Source: a virus. From it: a DNA stretch of 64,000 nucleotides. The position numbers were made by a program, and so were the translations under genes. Shown here one piece after another: positions 51,046-60,071 of this stretch; the stretch's first letter is position 1; every line of letters begins with the position of its first letter. The DNA is taken from IMG/VR virus record IMGVR_UViG_3300045988_103180. The stretch is one strand, 5' to 3'. The notes below the pieces were generated by a model. That model did not search any database, had not been told where the DNA came from, and saw nothing but the letters and a program-made list of their open reading frames with translations.

Positions 51046-51074
51046 TTGCAGTTCATCTTTCATTATTATATAAT
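51046..51074 (+). promoter_or_regulatory. sigma70-type promoter
   Basis: TTGCAG-17-TATAAT. Confidence 0.5.
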
Positions 51075-51115
51075 ATAATTAAAGAAAAGCAAGAGGAAAA
51101 GAAAGGTTTTCCAAT

Positions 51116-51316
51116 ATGGCTAAGTACATGAAGGCTAACATCATCTTCAACAAGTTCTACGAGGGCGATGGTCGTTTCTGCGGCATCGAGTATACTGAGT
51201 GCATGTTCAAGAGTCTTGAGCAGCTTAACCGTATCATGGCCGAGGTTGCCGCTAAGAACCTTCGTGAGCACCATCTTGTCTATGAGGGCTATGTCGGCAG
51301 CATTGAAAACCTTTAA
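51116..51316 (+). CDS. hypothetical protein with G+C-rich codon choice
   Basis: 66-aa ORF. Its codon usage is unlike its neighbours (many NNC/NNG codons). Confidence 0.45.
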   Translation: MAKYMKANIIFNKFYEGDGRFCGIEYTECMFKSLEQLNRIMAEVAAKNLREHHLVYEGYVGSIENL

Positions 51317-51350
51317 TCTGATATATTAGTTATCCAAGAGAGGAATTAGA

Positions 51351-51773
51351 ATGGGCTTGATTTATCTTTCTTTCAAGAATATGGTCGAGGATGATGCAAA
51401 AAACTTTATTGTTGCCAACTTCGAAGACGGCACTTATGATGGTGATACGGACTGGAGCGAAGTCTTTGATGATATGTATGATTCTGATGATGTAACCGGC
51501 AATGCTTCGCTTGCTGGGCATCCTGATTGTTTCCTCGTGTCGTATGCGCCCGACTATGAGAAGATTGCGTTTATGTTCGCCGATGAAGATATTCGTGAGA
51601 CACTTGAGGATACGTATGGTGACGAGGTGCCTTGGTATGAGTTCGTTGGGCATGGTCAGGATGGTATCACTAAGTTTGATACATGGATTCGTATCGCAAT
51701 GCTGTGTGAGCTGAACGATGACCTTTATAAGTATTTTGAGCAGGTCCAGAAGAACTTTGGCAAGGAGAACTAG
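51351..51773 (+). CDS. hypothetical acidic protein
   Basis: 140-aa ORF behind CCAAGAGAGGAA. Confidence 0.45.
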   Translation: MGLIYLSFKNMVEDDAKNFIVANFEDGTYDGDTDWSEVFDDMYDSDDVTGNASLAGHPDCFLVSYAPDYEKIAFMFADEDIRETLEDTYGDEVPWYEFVGHGQDGITKFDTWIRIAMLCELNDDLYKYFEQVQKNFGKEN

Positions 51774-51774
51774 T

Positions 51775-52440
51775 ATGCTTGGTATTGATAAAACTACGGT
51801 ATCTGATAGTGTGATGTACAAGGATGCTAGTATCCAACATCAAGTGTATAATGCAAATGAGATTGCACGTGCCGCACACTCACTTGCGGTTACGAATGCT
51901 AAGTTTCTGAGTAAATTTAACTATGGTACCGATGGTAATGACCGCATTGTTGATATGGAACTGTCTGACGATTTGCTTGAGAGCCTTTATGATGCGCTTG
52001 TGGATGGACATGAGAAACTAGTCCAAGAAAAGAAAAAGCGTGATGAAAAGGTTCGCCGCAAATTCAATGAGTCTCAGGTTAATCAGATTAAGCGCGTCAA
52101 ATACGATAATCCTTGGACTATCGTGTGGTGGCGTGACGGTCAGGTTACTCGCTCTAAGTGTGCGGAAAATGATGTGTGGAGCGAGTCCGTAGGCTTTAAT
52201 ACGTGTGTTTCCAAACATTATTTTCAGACTGCTGGCGCATATAACAAAGTTTTGAAAACATATTGTACCGATGTACACAACGATAAAGTCACCAGTTGGC
52301 AAGATGGTTACGATACTGGCTATGAAGATGGTCGTGAAGATGGCTACTATGAAGGTCATGAAGATGGTTACGATGAAGGTTTCGAGGACGGCCAAAACTA
52401 TGAGCGCCAAGAGCGAAAAGAAATGAATTTTGAAGACTAG
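51775..52440 (+). CDS. hypothetical protein with C-terminal (E/D)DG(Y/R) repeats
   Basis: The ATG at 51775 sits behind AAGGAG. The tail reads QDGYDTGYEDGREDGYYEGHEDGYDEGFEDG. Confidence 0.45.
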   Translation: MLGIDKTTVSDSVMYKDASIQHQVYNANEIARAAHSLAVTNAKFLSKFNYGTDGNDRIVDMELSDDLLESLYDALVDGHEKLVQEKKKRDEKVRRKFNESQVNQIKRVKYDNPWTIVWWRDGQVTRSKCAENDVWSESVGFNTCVSKHYFQTAGAYNKVLKTYCTDVHNDKVTSWQDGYDTGYEDGREDGYYEGHEDGYDEGFEDGQNYERQERKEMNFED

Positions 52441-52453
52441 ATTGGCCGCGCAA

Positions 52454-52483
52454 GGAGAGTAGAGAAATCTATTCTCCTTTTTC
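52454..52483 (+). terminator. rho-independent terminator
   Basis: GGAGAGTAGA-gaaa-TCTATTCTCC followed by TTTTTC. Confidence 0.6.
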
Positions 52484-52496
52484 TATTGGAGGTTAT

Positions 52497-52658
52497 ATGG
52501 ATTATATCTATAAAGACATTTTAGATGCCCTTAATACCACTGATGATACAGATAGTATTGCTGATTACGTCAATAAAATTGAAAGCGGCAGTGGCGAAAC
52601 TTTCTATGATTGGCTCGACAATGTGATTGATGTATTGGACGATGAAGATTATGATTAA
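52497..52658 (+). CDS. hypothetical 53-aa acidic protein
   Basis: Below the ORF-track cutoff. RBS TGGAGG 6 nt upstream. Confidence 0.4.
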   Translation: MDYIYKDILDALNTTDDTDSIADYVNKIESGSGETFYDWLDNVIDVLDDEDYD

Positions 52659-52672
52659 TGAAGTGTTAGGAG

Positions 52673-52906
52673 TTGTCTGTCTTGTTTGTGCAATCGTTGG
52701 AGTATGCGCTGTCCTGTCTTTTATATTCTCCTGCTGGGGACATGATAATGACATTGGCGACATTGATTGGTAGTTCTCCTATGAGCCTGTTTATTTTCAC
52801 TGTCCTATGTGTTATTGGCTTTATCGTTGGTATCTGTATGATTCTGTATGCGGCAAGGGAGACTGCGTTTCTTGTGCGTGAGGTAATCCAAGAGAAGAAA
52901 GAATAA
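52673..52906 (+). CDS. hypothetical small membrane protein (start uncertain)
   Basis: TTG-start track ORF. An internal ATG at 52744 would give a 2-TM 54-aa protein. A 40-aa TM ORF (52651-52773) in another frame is also possible. Confidence 0.3.
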   Translation: MSVLFVQSLEYALSCLLYSPAGDMIMTLATLIGSSPMSLFIFTVLCVIGFIVGICMILYAARETAFLVREVIQEKKE

Positions 52907-52930
52907 GTCATTAGCCGCATAAGTTTTTTC

Positions 52931-52959
52931 TTGTAGTCTGTCTAATAATGTTATATAAT
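52931..52959 (+). promoter_or_regulatory. sigma70-type promoter
   Basis: TTGTAG-17-TATAAT. Confidence 0.5.
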
Positions 52960-52991
52960 ATTATTAAAGAAAGGCAAGGAAAGGATTTCAA

Positions 52992-53282
52992 ATGACCAAT
53001 AAGTATGATAACTTTCGTCTTAATGTTATTCTTGACCGTATTAAGGATAAGAATATTCTTACAAAGACTGCTGATGTTATTTGTCGTATGCGTGAAAATG
53101 TAGATTGCCCTAATTTTTTCTACATTCCTGCTGACTGTGTGAGCGATATGGATTATGTGATTGCGGCCATCAATTATATTATCACATCTTTTGGCTATAA
53201 GGCACATTGGGATTGTCTTAGTTATGCCAAGGTTGGCGGCAAGTATTGTATTCATCTGTTTCTTGAGGAAATTGACCTATAA
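52992..53282 (+). CDS. hypothetical protein
   Basis: 96-aa ORF behind GGCAAGGAAAGGA. Confidence 0.45.
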   Translation: MTNKYDNFRLNVILDRIKDKNILTKTADVICRMRENVDCPNFFYIPADCVSDMDYVIAAINYIITSFGYKAHWDCLSYAKVGGKYCIHLFLEEIDL

Positions 53283-53289
53283 AAAGTTC

Positions 53290-53318
53290 TTGCTGGCTGC
53301 TCTATAATATTATATAAT
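53290..53318 (+). promoter_or_regulatory. sigma70-type promoter
   Basis: TTGCTG-17-TATAAT. Confidence 0.5.
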
Positions 53319-53374
53319 ATATATAGAGAAAGGGAGAGGACAAGATAAAGTTTTCTAAGAGAAGGAGAAAGTAT

Positions 53375-53701
53375 ATGACTAAGGTTGAGACGATTCTTGC
53401 ACAGGTTGACGGTCTTCTGGATGCGGCATATGAGGTTGTCAATGGCCGCAAGCTCTGGAAGGAAGTTACTCCTTTGGTGAATATTGCTGCCGAGATGCTT
53501 CTTGAAGAGCGCAAGGACTATTATGCTGGTTGCGCCTATTGGGTTTCCTGCTATGGTACTGAAAAGGAAATGCTCGATGCTAAGAATACCCTTGAGGACC
53601 TTGGCCTGTGCGTCTGTGATTACTACTGGGATGATGCTGACGAGTATGATGCTGCTGGTGGTCATTTGAGCGTCTATTGGACTGTCAACGACTGGGACTA
53701 G
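53375..53701 (+). CDS. hypothetical protein
   Basis: 108-aa ORF behind GAAGGAGAAAG. Confidence 0.45.
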   Translation: MTKVETILAQVDGLLDAAYEVVNGRKLWKEVTPLVNIAAEMLLEERKDYYAGCAYWVSCYGTEKEMLDAKNTLEDLGLCVCDYYWDDADEYDAAGGHLSVYWTVNDWD

Positions 53702-53709
53702 GAGCGCAT

Positions 53710-54048
53710 ATGTTATTGAGCAATGAGAAGTATGCAAAGGAAAATGTTTATTGGACTTTGGACTTCGTGCTATCTGCGAATTATTATATTTATCAGTGTG
53801 CCGCAAAGCAAGTTGAAATTCTTGCGGCTAATAAGGATACATGCAATGATACTGAGTTGCCTACTATGTATGACCTGATTGATGATGCTTTGGCTACTGG
53901 TGCAGACGAAGAGGGCGAGTGTTATAATTGTTGGGGTGTGACTGACAACTATAATACTGATTTTGCTTTTGGTTGTATAATAGTTGAAGAAGATGGCAAG
54001 ACTATCCTTAATGGTATTGATTGGATTGATGGAATATCTGGTAGGTGA
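53710..54048 (+). CDS. hypothetical protein
   Basis: The ATG at 53710 sits behind AGGAG. 112 aa. Confidence 0.45.
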   Translation: MLLSNEKYAKENVYWTLDFVLSANYYIYQCAAKQVEILAANKDTCNDTELPTMYDLIDDALATGADEEGECYNCWGVTDNYNTDFAFGCIIVEEDGKTILNGIDWIDGISGR

Positions 54049-54052
54049 TAAT

Positions 54053-54364
54053 GTGTATCCGATATGGATAGATAGTAGAAGCAAAGACGATGGGCCAATG
54101 ATTGATTGGCAGTTTAAAATTATGGATTATGTGTATGACATGCTTGAAGGCCTGCCATATGGGACTGCTGCTATTATCAGCAAAGAAGAGCTTCACAAGC
54201 ATGTATGCCCTGAACGTGAAATCTGGTGTCCTTTTGGCAGTAGGCGCTTTTGGCCTATACCTGAGATGTTAGAGTTATGCGGCATAAAGGTCAATAGTAA
54301 TTGGAAGTCCACAATGGACACTTGGGGATATTTTGTAGCTATGAAAGGGCGTAGTGATGAATAA
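54053..54364 (+). CDS. hypothetical protein
   Basis: GTG at 54053 behind AGGTGA. 103 aa. Confidence 0.35.
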   Translation: MYPIWIDSRSKDDGPMIDWQFKIMDYVYDMLEGLPYGTAAIISKEELHKHVCPEREIWCPFGSRRFWPIPEMLELCGIKVNSNWKSTMDTWGYFVAMKGRSDE

Positions 54365-54887
54365 TATACATAGTTTTGTTGATGATATGGCACAAGAGAT
54401 ATATAAAAATTTGGATAGGCCGCATAATCAGAATTGTGTCATAAGGGTTGCAAATGAGGATATGACTCTTCAAGAATGTCGTGCAGTTGTTTTACATTTT
54501 CAGAAAAAGGGTTTTGAAGCTACTTGGTATCAAAAAGATGATAAAAAGCCTATCATTGTAGTATCTTGGGGCTTGCCATTTGATATTGATGAAATTGATA
54601 CTATGTATAAAACTGGAATTCAATTGGTCAATGAGCCTTATAAAGTTGTACATCTGCTAGCAGAGTATATTCATTATGTTTATCTTTGTTCTTATAAGGA
54701 TATTTGCGTTATTCCTCTTGAGCGTTTAGATTATATTGCCGGTGATTATTTGACTTATAAAACATTTATAGACGCTCTTCAAGAAGCGGAAGAGAGTTAT
54801 TCATTAAAGATTTATACGGGTACTCTTGATGATGAAGATTGGGAATCTGAGTATATTTGTATCCAAAAGAAGGAACGAAATGGATAA
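54354..54887 (+). CDS. hypothetical protein
   Basis: 177-aa ORF. Confidence 0.45.
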   Translation: MMNNIHSFVDDMAQEIYKNLDRPHNQNCVIRVANEDMTLQECRAVVLHFQKKGFEATWYQKDDKKPIIVVSWGLPFDIDEIDTMYKTGIQLVNEPYKVVHLLAEYIHYVYLCSYKDICVIPLERLDYIAGDYLTYKTFIDALQEAEESYSLKIYTGTLDDEDWESEYICIQKKERNG

Positions 54888-55131
54888 AATAGAAGAGTAT
54901 CGGTATAAACTCTTTGATTACATATATGAAGAGTTTGAAGGTGCGCCGCGAGGATTTTGTTGTATGTTTTCTGTTGAAGAGATTTATGAAGATATTGGTA
55001 TTTCTTGGCCTTATATCCGTTCAGCGCTTTCTTGCGCAATAAAAAATCTGGAGCAATGCGGCATACATATTTATGATAATTATTGTGATACAATTACTAG
55101 GGGCTATTTTCTAGCCAAGAAAATTAAATAG
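54880..55131 (+). CDS. hypothetical protein
   Basis: The ATG at 54880 sits behind AAGGAA. 83 aa. Confidence 0.4.
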   Translation: MDKIEEYRYKLFDYIYEEFEGAPRGFCCMFSVEEIYEDIGISWPYIRSALSCAIKNLEQCGIHIYDNYCDTITRGYFLAKKIK

Positions 55132-55137
55132 TGTGGT

Positions 55138-55176
55138 AAAAGACCTGCGGCCTATGGCCGTGGGTCTTTTCTTTTA
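55138..55176 (+). terminator. rho-independent terminator
   Basis: AAAGACCTGCGGCC-tat-GGCCGTGGGTCTTT followed by TCTTTT. Confidence 0.7.
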
Positions 55177-55177
55177 C

Positions 55178-55206
55178 TTGACAAAATAGACGAAGTATGT
55201 TATACT
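55178..55206 (+). promoter_or_regulatory. sigma70-type promoter
   Basis: TTGACA-17-TATACT. Confidence 0.5.
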
Positions 55207-55335
55207 GTAGATGTGGTACAGTATCTTGGTGTCCGTGTGAAGTGTGCTTACGCGTTTTTGCGTATTAACTGACTAATGGCGCAAGTGCGCGGTAAATTAT
55301 CTTTAACGGACGAGACGGATTGGCAAATGACAAAA

Positions 55336-55582
55336 CCGCAGGTATTTTGGTGGGTATTTTTTTACTTTCGGAGTGATTAAAAAATGCACACCAGTATCAA
55401 AATGATTAAAAAATACACACCAGTCATTATTTCCGCAGGTACTTTGGTGGGTATTTTTTAATTTTAAATTTTTAGCGAAGTGAAAGGAGCGATTGGAAAG
55501 TTAAAAAATGCACACCAGTTAAGATAAAAAAGTGAAAAAATGCACACCAGTCCCTTCAAAATTGTTAAAAAATGCACACCCC
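55336..55582 (+). repeat. iteron array (putative replication origin)
   Basis: Five direct copies of TTAAAAAATGCACACCAGT (55377, 55406, 55501, 55533, 55565; minor variants). Two copies of CCGCAGGTAYTTTGGTGGGTATTTTTT (55336, 55433). Confidence 0.7.
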
Positions 55583-55651
55583 TAATAAATTATATAATAA
55601 ATTATTTTAATAAATAATATGTCGTATACGTGTGTGCAAGGAAGGAGAAAT

Positions 55652-56503
55652 ATGACAGATAAAGAAGAAAGCCACAAAGCGCCCAAGCTGAGTTTTAGCG
55701 TAGACCCTGAGAAGTTAGAGAACAAAAATTGTGACTACAATGCGATGGGCAGTCTTATGTTGGATACTAAGTTGGAAAAAGACAATACTAGGATTCTATC
55801 TATGAAGGACAGTCGAGCGAGATTGAAAAGTGTAGGATTGACGAACTATCAGATTAGAAATGTCATGAGTTGTTTTGAATCATTGGATGTTATCAAGATA
55901 AATGGTATGAACGTTATCGTGCAGCCAGTGGAAGGACAGTATGTTACCATCCCCGTGGATACTGTTAGATTTTGTCTCAGTGCGTTAAGTGCGGATTGTT
56001 TCAAGACGTATTGCTATCTTAAAAGGTGGTATCAACTTCACGAAGCATTCTTTAAGGGCGGCGAGAACTATTTCTTTTCCCGCACTGAGATTTTGAAAGC
56101 TCTTGGATATTACAAGGATGCGAGAAATATTCGCAGAGTAGACGAATTCCTTATCGTACTTAGGGATGTCGGCCTTATCGAGTATGCGGAGAAGGCTGTA
56201 TACCGTAAGGGAAAGAAAGGTCTTTATACTGAATTGTATAAGGTAAATGACTATGCACGTGCGCAAAAGGAATCTATCGAGAATACGCTGAGAGAAATGA
56301 AAGTCTATACTGATTTAGGGTATATGAATTTGCAAGAGATTAGAGAGCATTATTTGTCGATGGATGAAGAGAGGGGAGATACTTGGCTAAAATTTGTCGC
56401 AAGGTTTGCAGACCGTGCTAAAGATAAAGATAAGGTGAATGCTATACTTGCTCTTTCCAATAAGAAGTTAGAGCTTGGTAATTTCTGTGATGATATAAAA
56501 TAA
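55652..56503 (+). CDS. putative replication initiator (Rep-like, winged-helix)
   Basis: 283-aa ORF behind GGAAGGAG, immediately downstream of the iterons. Function is inferred from context only. Confidence 0.45.
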   Translation: MTDKEESHKAPKLSFSVDPEKLENKNCDYNAMGSLMLDTKLEKDNTRILSMKDSRARLKSVGLTNYQIRNVMSCFESLDVIKINGMNVIVQPVEGQYVTIPVDTVRFCLSALSADCFKTYCYLKRWYQLHEAFFKGGENYFFSRTEILKALGYYKDARNIRRVDEFLIVLRDVGLIEYAEKAVYRKGKKGLYTELYKVNDYARAQKESIENTLREMKVYTDLGYMNLQEIREHYLSMDEERGDTWLKFVARFADRAKDKDKVNAILALSNKKLELGNFCDDIK

Positions 56504-56781
56504 CTCGTGTTTTGCACTCGTTTAGAAATGACGTATGTTTGATTATGAATAGTGTCTGAAAGCTGGAGAGAAAGCCCATATAGGGTTAAAAATGATTACA
56601 CTGCCTAATTCATTGAAGTGCGCATTTTACCAGTTCAGCAAACCAATGTCAAGAAAAAAATTTTTTAGCACAACCTTTTTAATTTTCGATTCCAATTACA
56701 AAAACGAATTTCATTTCCAAATGAAAACGATTTCCATTTCGCTTTTCATTTTCAAAACCAAAATTCATCTTGAAAAAGTTC

Positions 56782-56810
56782 TTGCGGTCAGTGAAAACTT
56801 ATAGTATAAT
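56782..56810 (+). promoter_or_regulatory. sigma70-type promoter
   Basis: TTGCGG-17-TATAAT. Confidence 0.5.
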
Positions 56811-56872
56811 ATAATTAAAGAAAGGGAGGGGATAAGAAACCTCCCGTGGGTTCCAAGAGAAAGAAGATTAAC

Positions 56873-57208
56873 ATGACCCAGTTCGAGATTTACAACACTA
56901 TCAAGTCTGCCATGTCTGACAACGCCGAGGTGGTTGAGTTCTGCGATAAGCAGCTTGCGGCTATCGAGCGCAAGCGCGCCAAGGATGCTGAGAAGTCCGC
57001 AGAGAAGCAGGCTTTCCTTGACGAGATTTACGCAGCTCTCAAGTCTTTTGACGAGCAGGCGGGAGCCACCTCTAAGGCCGTAGCCATGCACATGGGCGAG
57101 GATGTCAGCTCCCGCAAGGTCGCAGCCAACATGCGTTTCCTCGTTGAGGATGGTCGTGCCGAGAAGGTGGCGGTGAACAGCAAGACCTTCACGTACAAGG
57201 CTCTGTAG
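56873..57208 (+). CDS. hypothetical protein (G+C-rich codons)
   Basis: The ATG at 56873 follows CCAAGAGAAAGAAG. 111 aa. Confidence 0.45.
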   Translation: MTQFEIYNTIKSAMSDNAEVVEFCDKQLAAIERKRAKDAEKSAEKQAFLDEIYAALKSFDEQAGATSKAVAMHMGEDVSSRKVAANMRFLVEDGRAEKVAVNSKTFTYKAL

Positions 57209-57319
57209 CGAAATATTTAATAGGTAGGGTCTACTTATTAGAGTTTTTAATTAGAAGGGCCGTGGAGTCCATTTGATGAGACTCCCGGCCTATTCCAAGA
57301 GATAGAAGGAAGTAAGCCT

Positions 57320-57691
57320 ATGCGGCACACCTACTATGATATGAAAGGTAACGAGCATACCATAGAGATTCCTAACGAGTATATCGAGTCCAAGAGACAG
57401 CAGGCAATACTCAAGGCAAGCGCGGCCAACCTCTATCTGCTAGAGCATGGCATCGAGTATGACGCAGCATACAGGCCTGATACAGACAAGAAGGAGAAGA
57501 AAGTGTCTGAAAAGCAATTGATTATGAATTCCATTGCGGACGCACTGGGAGAGCTTACCATGACCACCAGTGACTGGGAGGATTCCCCACACGGTATCGA
57601 GGTCGGCGATGATGGTAAAATCCGATTCATTCTCAATTCCAAGACGTATGAGATGTCTATGGTATGCAAGCGTAAGCCCAAGGCAAAATAA
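57320..57691 (+). CDS. hypothetical protein
   Basis: 123-aa ORF behind CCAAGAGATAGAAGGAAG. Confidence 0.45.
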   Translation: MRHTYYDMKGNEHTIEIPNEYIESKRQQAILKASAANLYLLEHGIEYDAAYRPDTDKKEKKVSEKQLIMNSIADALGELTMTTSDWEDSPHGIEVGDDGKIRFILNSKTYEMSMVCKRKPKAK

Positions 57692-57826
57692 GATTGATTT
57701 TCAAATGCGGCCAAAATTTTTGGGCAGGAAAGTGTAATTTACACTTTAATAAAAACATATATTAAAAAAACACTTTTTAAATGTAACTAATTTAGTCACA
57801 TTTCCGCATTGATTTTCACTTACAAA

Positions 57827-57852
57827 AAGCGTGTGCCGCACGCTTCTTTTTC
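57827..57852 (+). terminator. rho-independent terminator
   Basis: AAGCGTG-tgcc-gCACGCTT followed by CTTTTTC. Confidence 0.5.
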
Positions 57853-58007
57853 TTCTGTCTCTTGGTTTATGTGAACCTATTTTATGACGCGCAAGCGCGC
57901 CTTTGGCGATTGATTCTCACTTTCTATTGGCTCTAGAAGTCACACAGGGGTACGCAAAAATGATTAAAATTCATTTTAGAACGCTCTCTTGGTAGGTGCC
58001 AGTTCTG

Positions 58008-58045
58008 TCCCTTCTCGCCATATAGGCGGGGAGGGATTTTTTTTA
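58008..58045 (+). terminator. rho-independent terminator
   Basis: 12-bp stem TCCCTTCTCGCC/GGCGGGGAGGGA followed by TTTTTTTT. Confidence 0.6.
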
Positions 58046-58477
58046 TTTAATTTTATGATTGACTTTCGTTTTAGGATTTTGAGAGCGCTATGGCGCAGGC
58101 CCCCAAAATCTACATAAATTCGCCATATACGCGAACGGCGGCGGCAGGTCCAAATATGGTATTATTGTATAGTGTTCCTTTATTATATTATACCATACAA
58201 TTCCCTATTTGTCAAGACTCTTCACAGAACCAACACGGAATCTCCACAAATAATAGTTAGGTACCTCACAATGATTCGGAGTTAACCTAGGGTAACACTT
58301 GCTCGGGTCGCTCTGTACCTAACTTAATTTTTTTCACGTGTGCGGCCCTGTAATAGCCCTAGAACGGGCGATAGCCAAAAGTGCCTAGGAACGCAAGGGC
58401 ATAGGCCGCAAGGCCGTTAAAACGCGTTTCAGGCGCTCAGTTTTTTGTATAAAAGTTGTGTTTTTGCTTGAAAAATC

Positions 58478-58507
58478 TTGACAATAAGGTACCTAATCGT
58501 GTAAAAT
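58478..58507 (+). promoter_or_regulatory. sigma70-type promoter with a GGTACC palindrome in the spacer
   Basis: TTGACA-18-TAAAAT. TAAGGTACCTAA sits between -35 and -10. Confidence 0.45.
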
Positions 58508-58666
58508 CGACCCAACTATGGAATTTCTGTGAATTTTTTTTAAAATATCTTGATTTTTCCGCTCATTTGTGCTAGGCAAGGAGATCTTTTTCCTACCTTT
58601 TCAGTAGGAATTAAACGCAAAATAAAGCGCCCTACTTTTAAAGTAGAGCGCTTTTATTTAATTGTG

Positions 58667-58930
58667 TTATTTTATTGTAAATTGCGTTATGAGCGCTTGC
58701 GCGCATTGCGTGAGCGTTTCGGCGTTTTCCGTTTCGCCACTTGCGTAGGCGTTGCCCGCCAAATGCGTGAGGTCGTGTACTATCTTATGAATCTCGGTAG
58801 GTAGCAAAACTACCTTGCCGCTTTTCATCGCGTTTAGGTGGTGGGCTTGCAAGTCGTGCCCTAGCTTGCGGAGTTCCGTATCGGGCAAGTTTCCGAATAC
58901 CTCAATTAATGCCGCGCGTCTGTAATCCAT
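58667..58930 (-). CDS. hypothetical protein
   Basis: 87-aa ORF followed by a bidirectional hairpin at 58624-58654. Confidence 0.4.
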   Translation of the reverse strand: MDYRRAALIEVFGNLPDTELRKLGHDLQAHHLNAMKSGKVVLLPTEIHKIVHDLTHLAGNAYASGETENAETLTQCAQALITQFTIK

Positions 58931-59005
58931 CGGCTAGCCGTCCTTATGCTGTGCTATAGGTGCAAGGGTAAGGTGGGCGGGGTTTGCTCCGCCCACCCTA
59001 GGCGA

Positions 59006-59437
59006 CTACGCTACGATGGCATAGGCCATCTTGTTTCCGATGGGTGCAACCTTGGTAGCGCGCTTATCGAGCATGAGCAACCCGACAATTTTTGCGGCCT
59101 TGGGCGCAGACGTTACCACGCTCGGGAACTCTGCCATAACCTCGGCGAGCGTGAATGGCTCGCCGTTCGCGTGAGCTGCCGCGAGCTTTTCGGCTGTTGC
59201 ACGGTTTTCAAGCGCCGTCTTGCTCGGCGCTTTGGGCTTGGCTGCGTTCTCCTTGAGCACATGGTACTTATGCGAAACCTTGCGGTCAAAGTTCTCGACA
59301 GTATGAACGTCTGCCTTATAGGTATCGCCAAGAACCTCACGAATGAGGTCATCGGTCACGCCCTTGGTGCCGCCTTTGGCAAGGACCGCGAACATCTGGT
59401 AGTCGGTGAACTGAAACTTGGTGCGAGTGGTAGCCAT
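59006..59437 (-). CDS. hypothetical Ala/Lys-rich protein
   Basis: 143-aa ORF with balanced composition. The antisense 165-aa plus ORF looks spurious. Confidence 0.5.
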   Translation of the reverse strand: MATTRTKFQFTDYQMFAVLAKGGTKGVTDDLIREVLGDTYKADVHTVENFDRKVSHKYHVLKENAAKPKAPSKTALENRATAEKLAAAHANGEPFTLAEVMAEFPSVVTSAPKAAKIVGLLMLDKRATKVAPIGNKMAYAIVA

Positions 59438-59797
59438 AGCTAACCCCTATCCGTCCCCGAGACGCGAGCGAGCCGCCGTTCGGCTCTTTTTTCTCTGTCC
59501 CCTTTGGACAACTATTACTTTACTATTGCATAGACTTTTTGGCAAGAACTATTTTAAAAAATATGGAGGAATCATGGAAACCCCAGGTAGATGGCCTAGT
59601 TTTTTCAGATTCTCAAAATATTTTGGCCCCAACCTCGGGGCTACGGTTGTTTAAACAAGTGCATTTGAAATATTTCAAAACTTAAAACGCTTCAATCGGC
59701 GTTACCCTAGGCTAACTTTAAAGCGTTTTAATTATTGAAGCGTTTCAATCGGGATTTGTGAAGGAAATATGTTTTCAAAAAAATCTGAAAATAATGC

Positions 59798-59826
59798 TTG
59801 ACAAAACCATTCTGGCGTGATAAAAT
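59798..59826 (+). promoter_or_regulatory. sigma70-type promoter (extended -10)
   Basis: TTGACA-17-TGaTAAAAT. Confidence 0.45.
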
Positions 59827-59852
59827 TTTTTGCGCCATAAATGGCGTCTTGG

Positions 59853-59874
59853 ATAGTTTACCTAGGTAAACTAT
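59853..59874. repeat. perfect 22-bp palindrome (operator-like)
   Basis: ATAGTTTACCTAGGTAAACTAT. Confidence 0.6.
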
Positions 59875-59883
59875 TTTAATTAG

Positions 59884-59895
59884 TTAGGTACCTAA
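59884..59895. repeat. perfect 12-bp palindrome TTAGGTACCTAA (operator-like), one of about 6 related sites
   Basis: Related sites at 58257, 58315, 58485, 59941 and 61469. Confidence 0.6.
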
Positions 59896-60071
59896 CAATG
59901 ATTCACGGTTTACCATAGCTAACTTCTTGCCGGATAATGCGGTACCTAAATAAAAAAATATCGCCATAGCGGCCATGAGACGCGTTTTAAGGTGCCATTA
60001 GGCCAAAGTCCTTATTTTAATAAAGGGGTTTGCCGCACGCCCTAGAGCGCTAGAATCGCTTTTGCTCATAG

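Noticed and set aside
55336-55582. The direct-repeat array as a CRISPR locus.
   Set aside because: The repeats are 19 bp and AT-rich, their spacing is irregular (10-77 nt), there are no cas genes, and they sit directly upstream of a Rep-like gene. This is classic iteron organisation.
58946-59443. The 165-aa plus-strand ORF antisense to 59006-59437.
   Set aside because: Its Arg/Cys/Gly-rich composition is typical of the antisense frame of a G+C-rich gene. The minus-strand frame has a balanced composition, an RBS and an upstream promoter.
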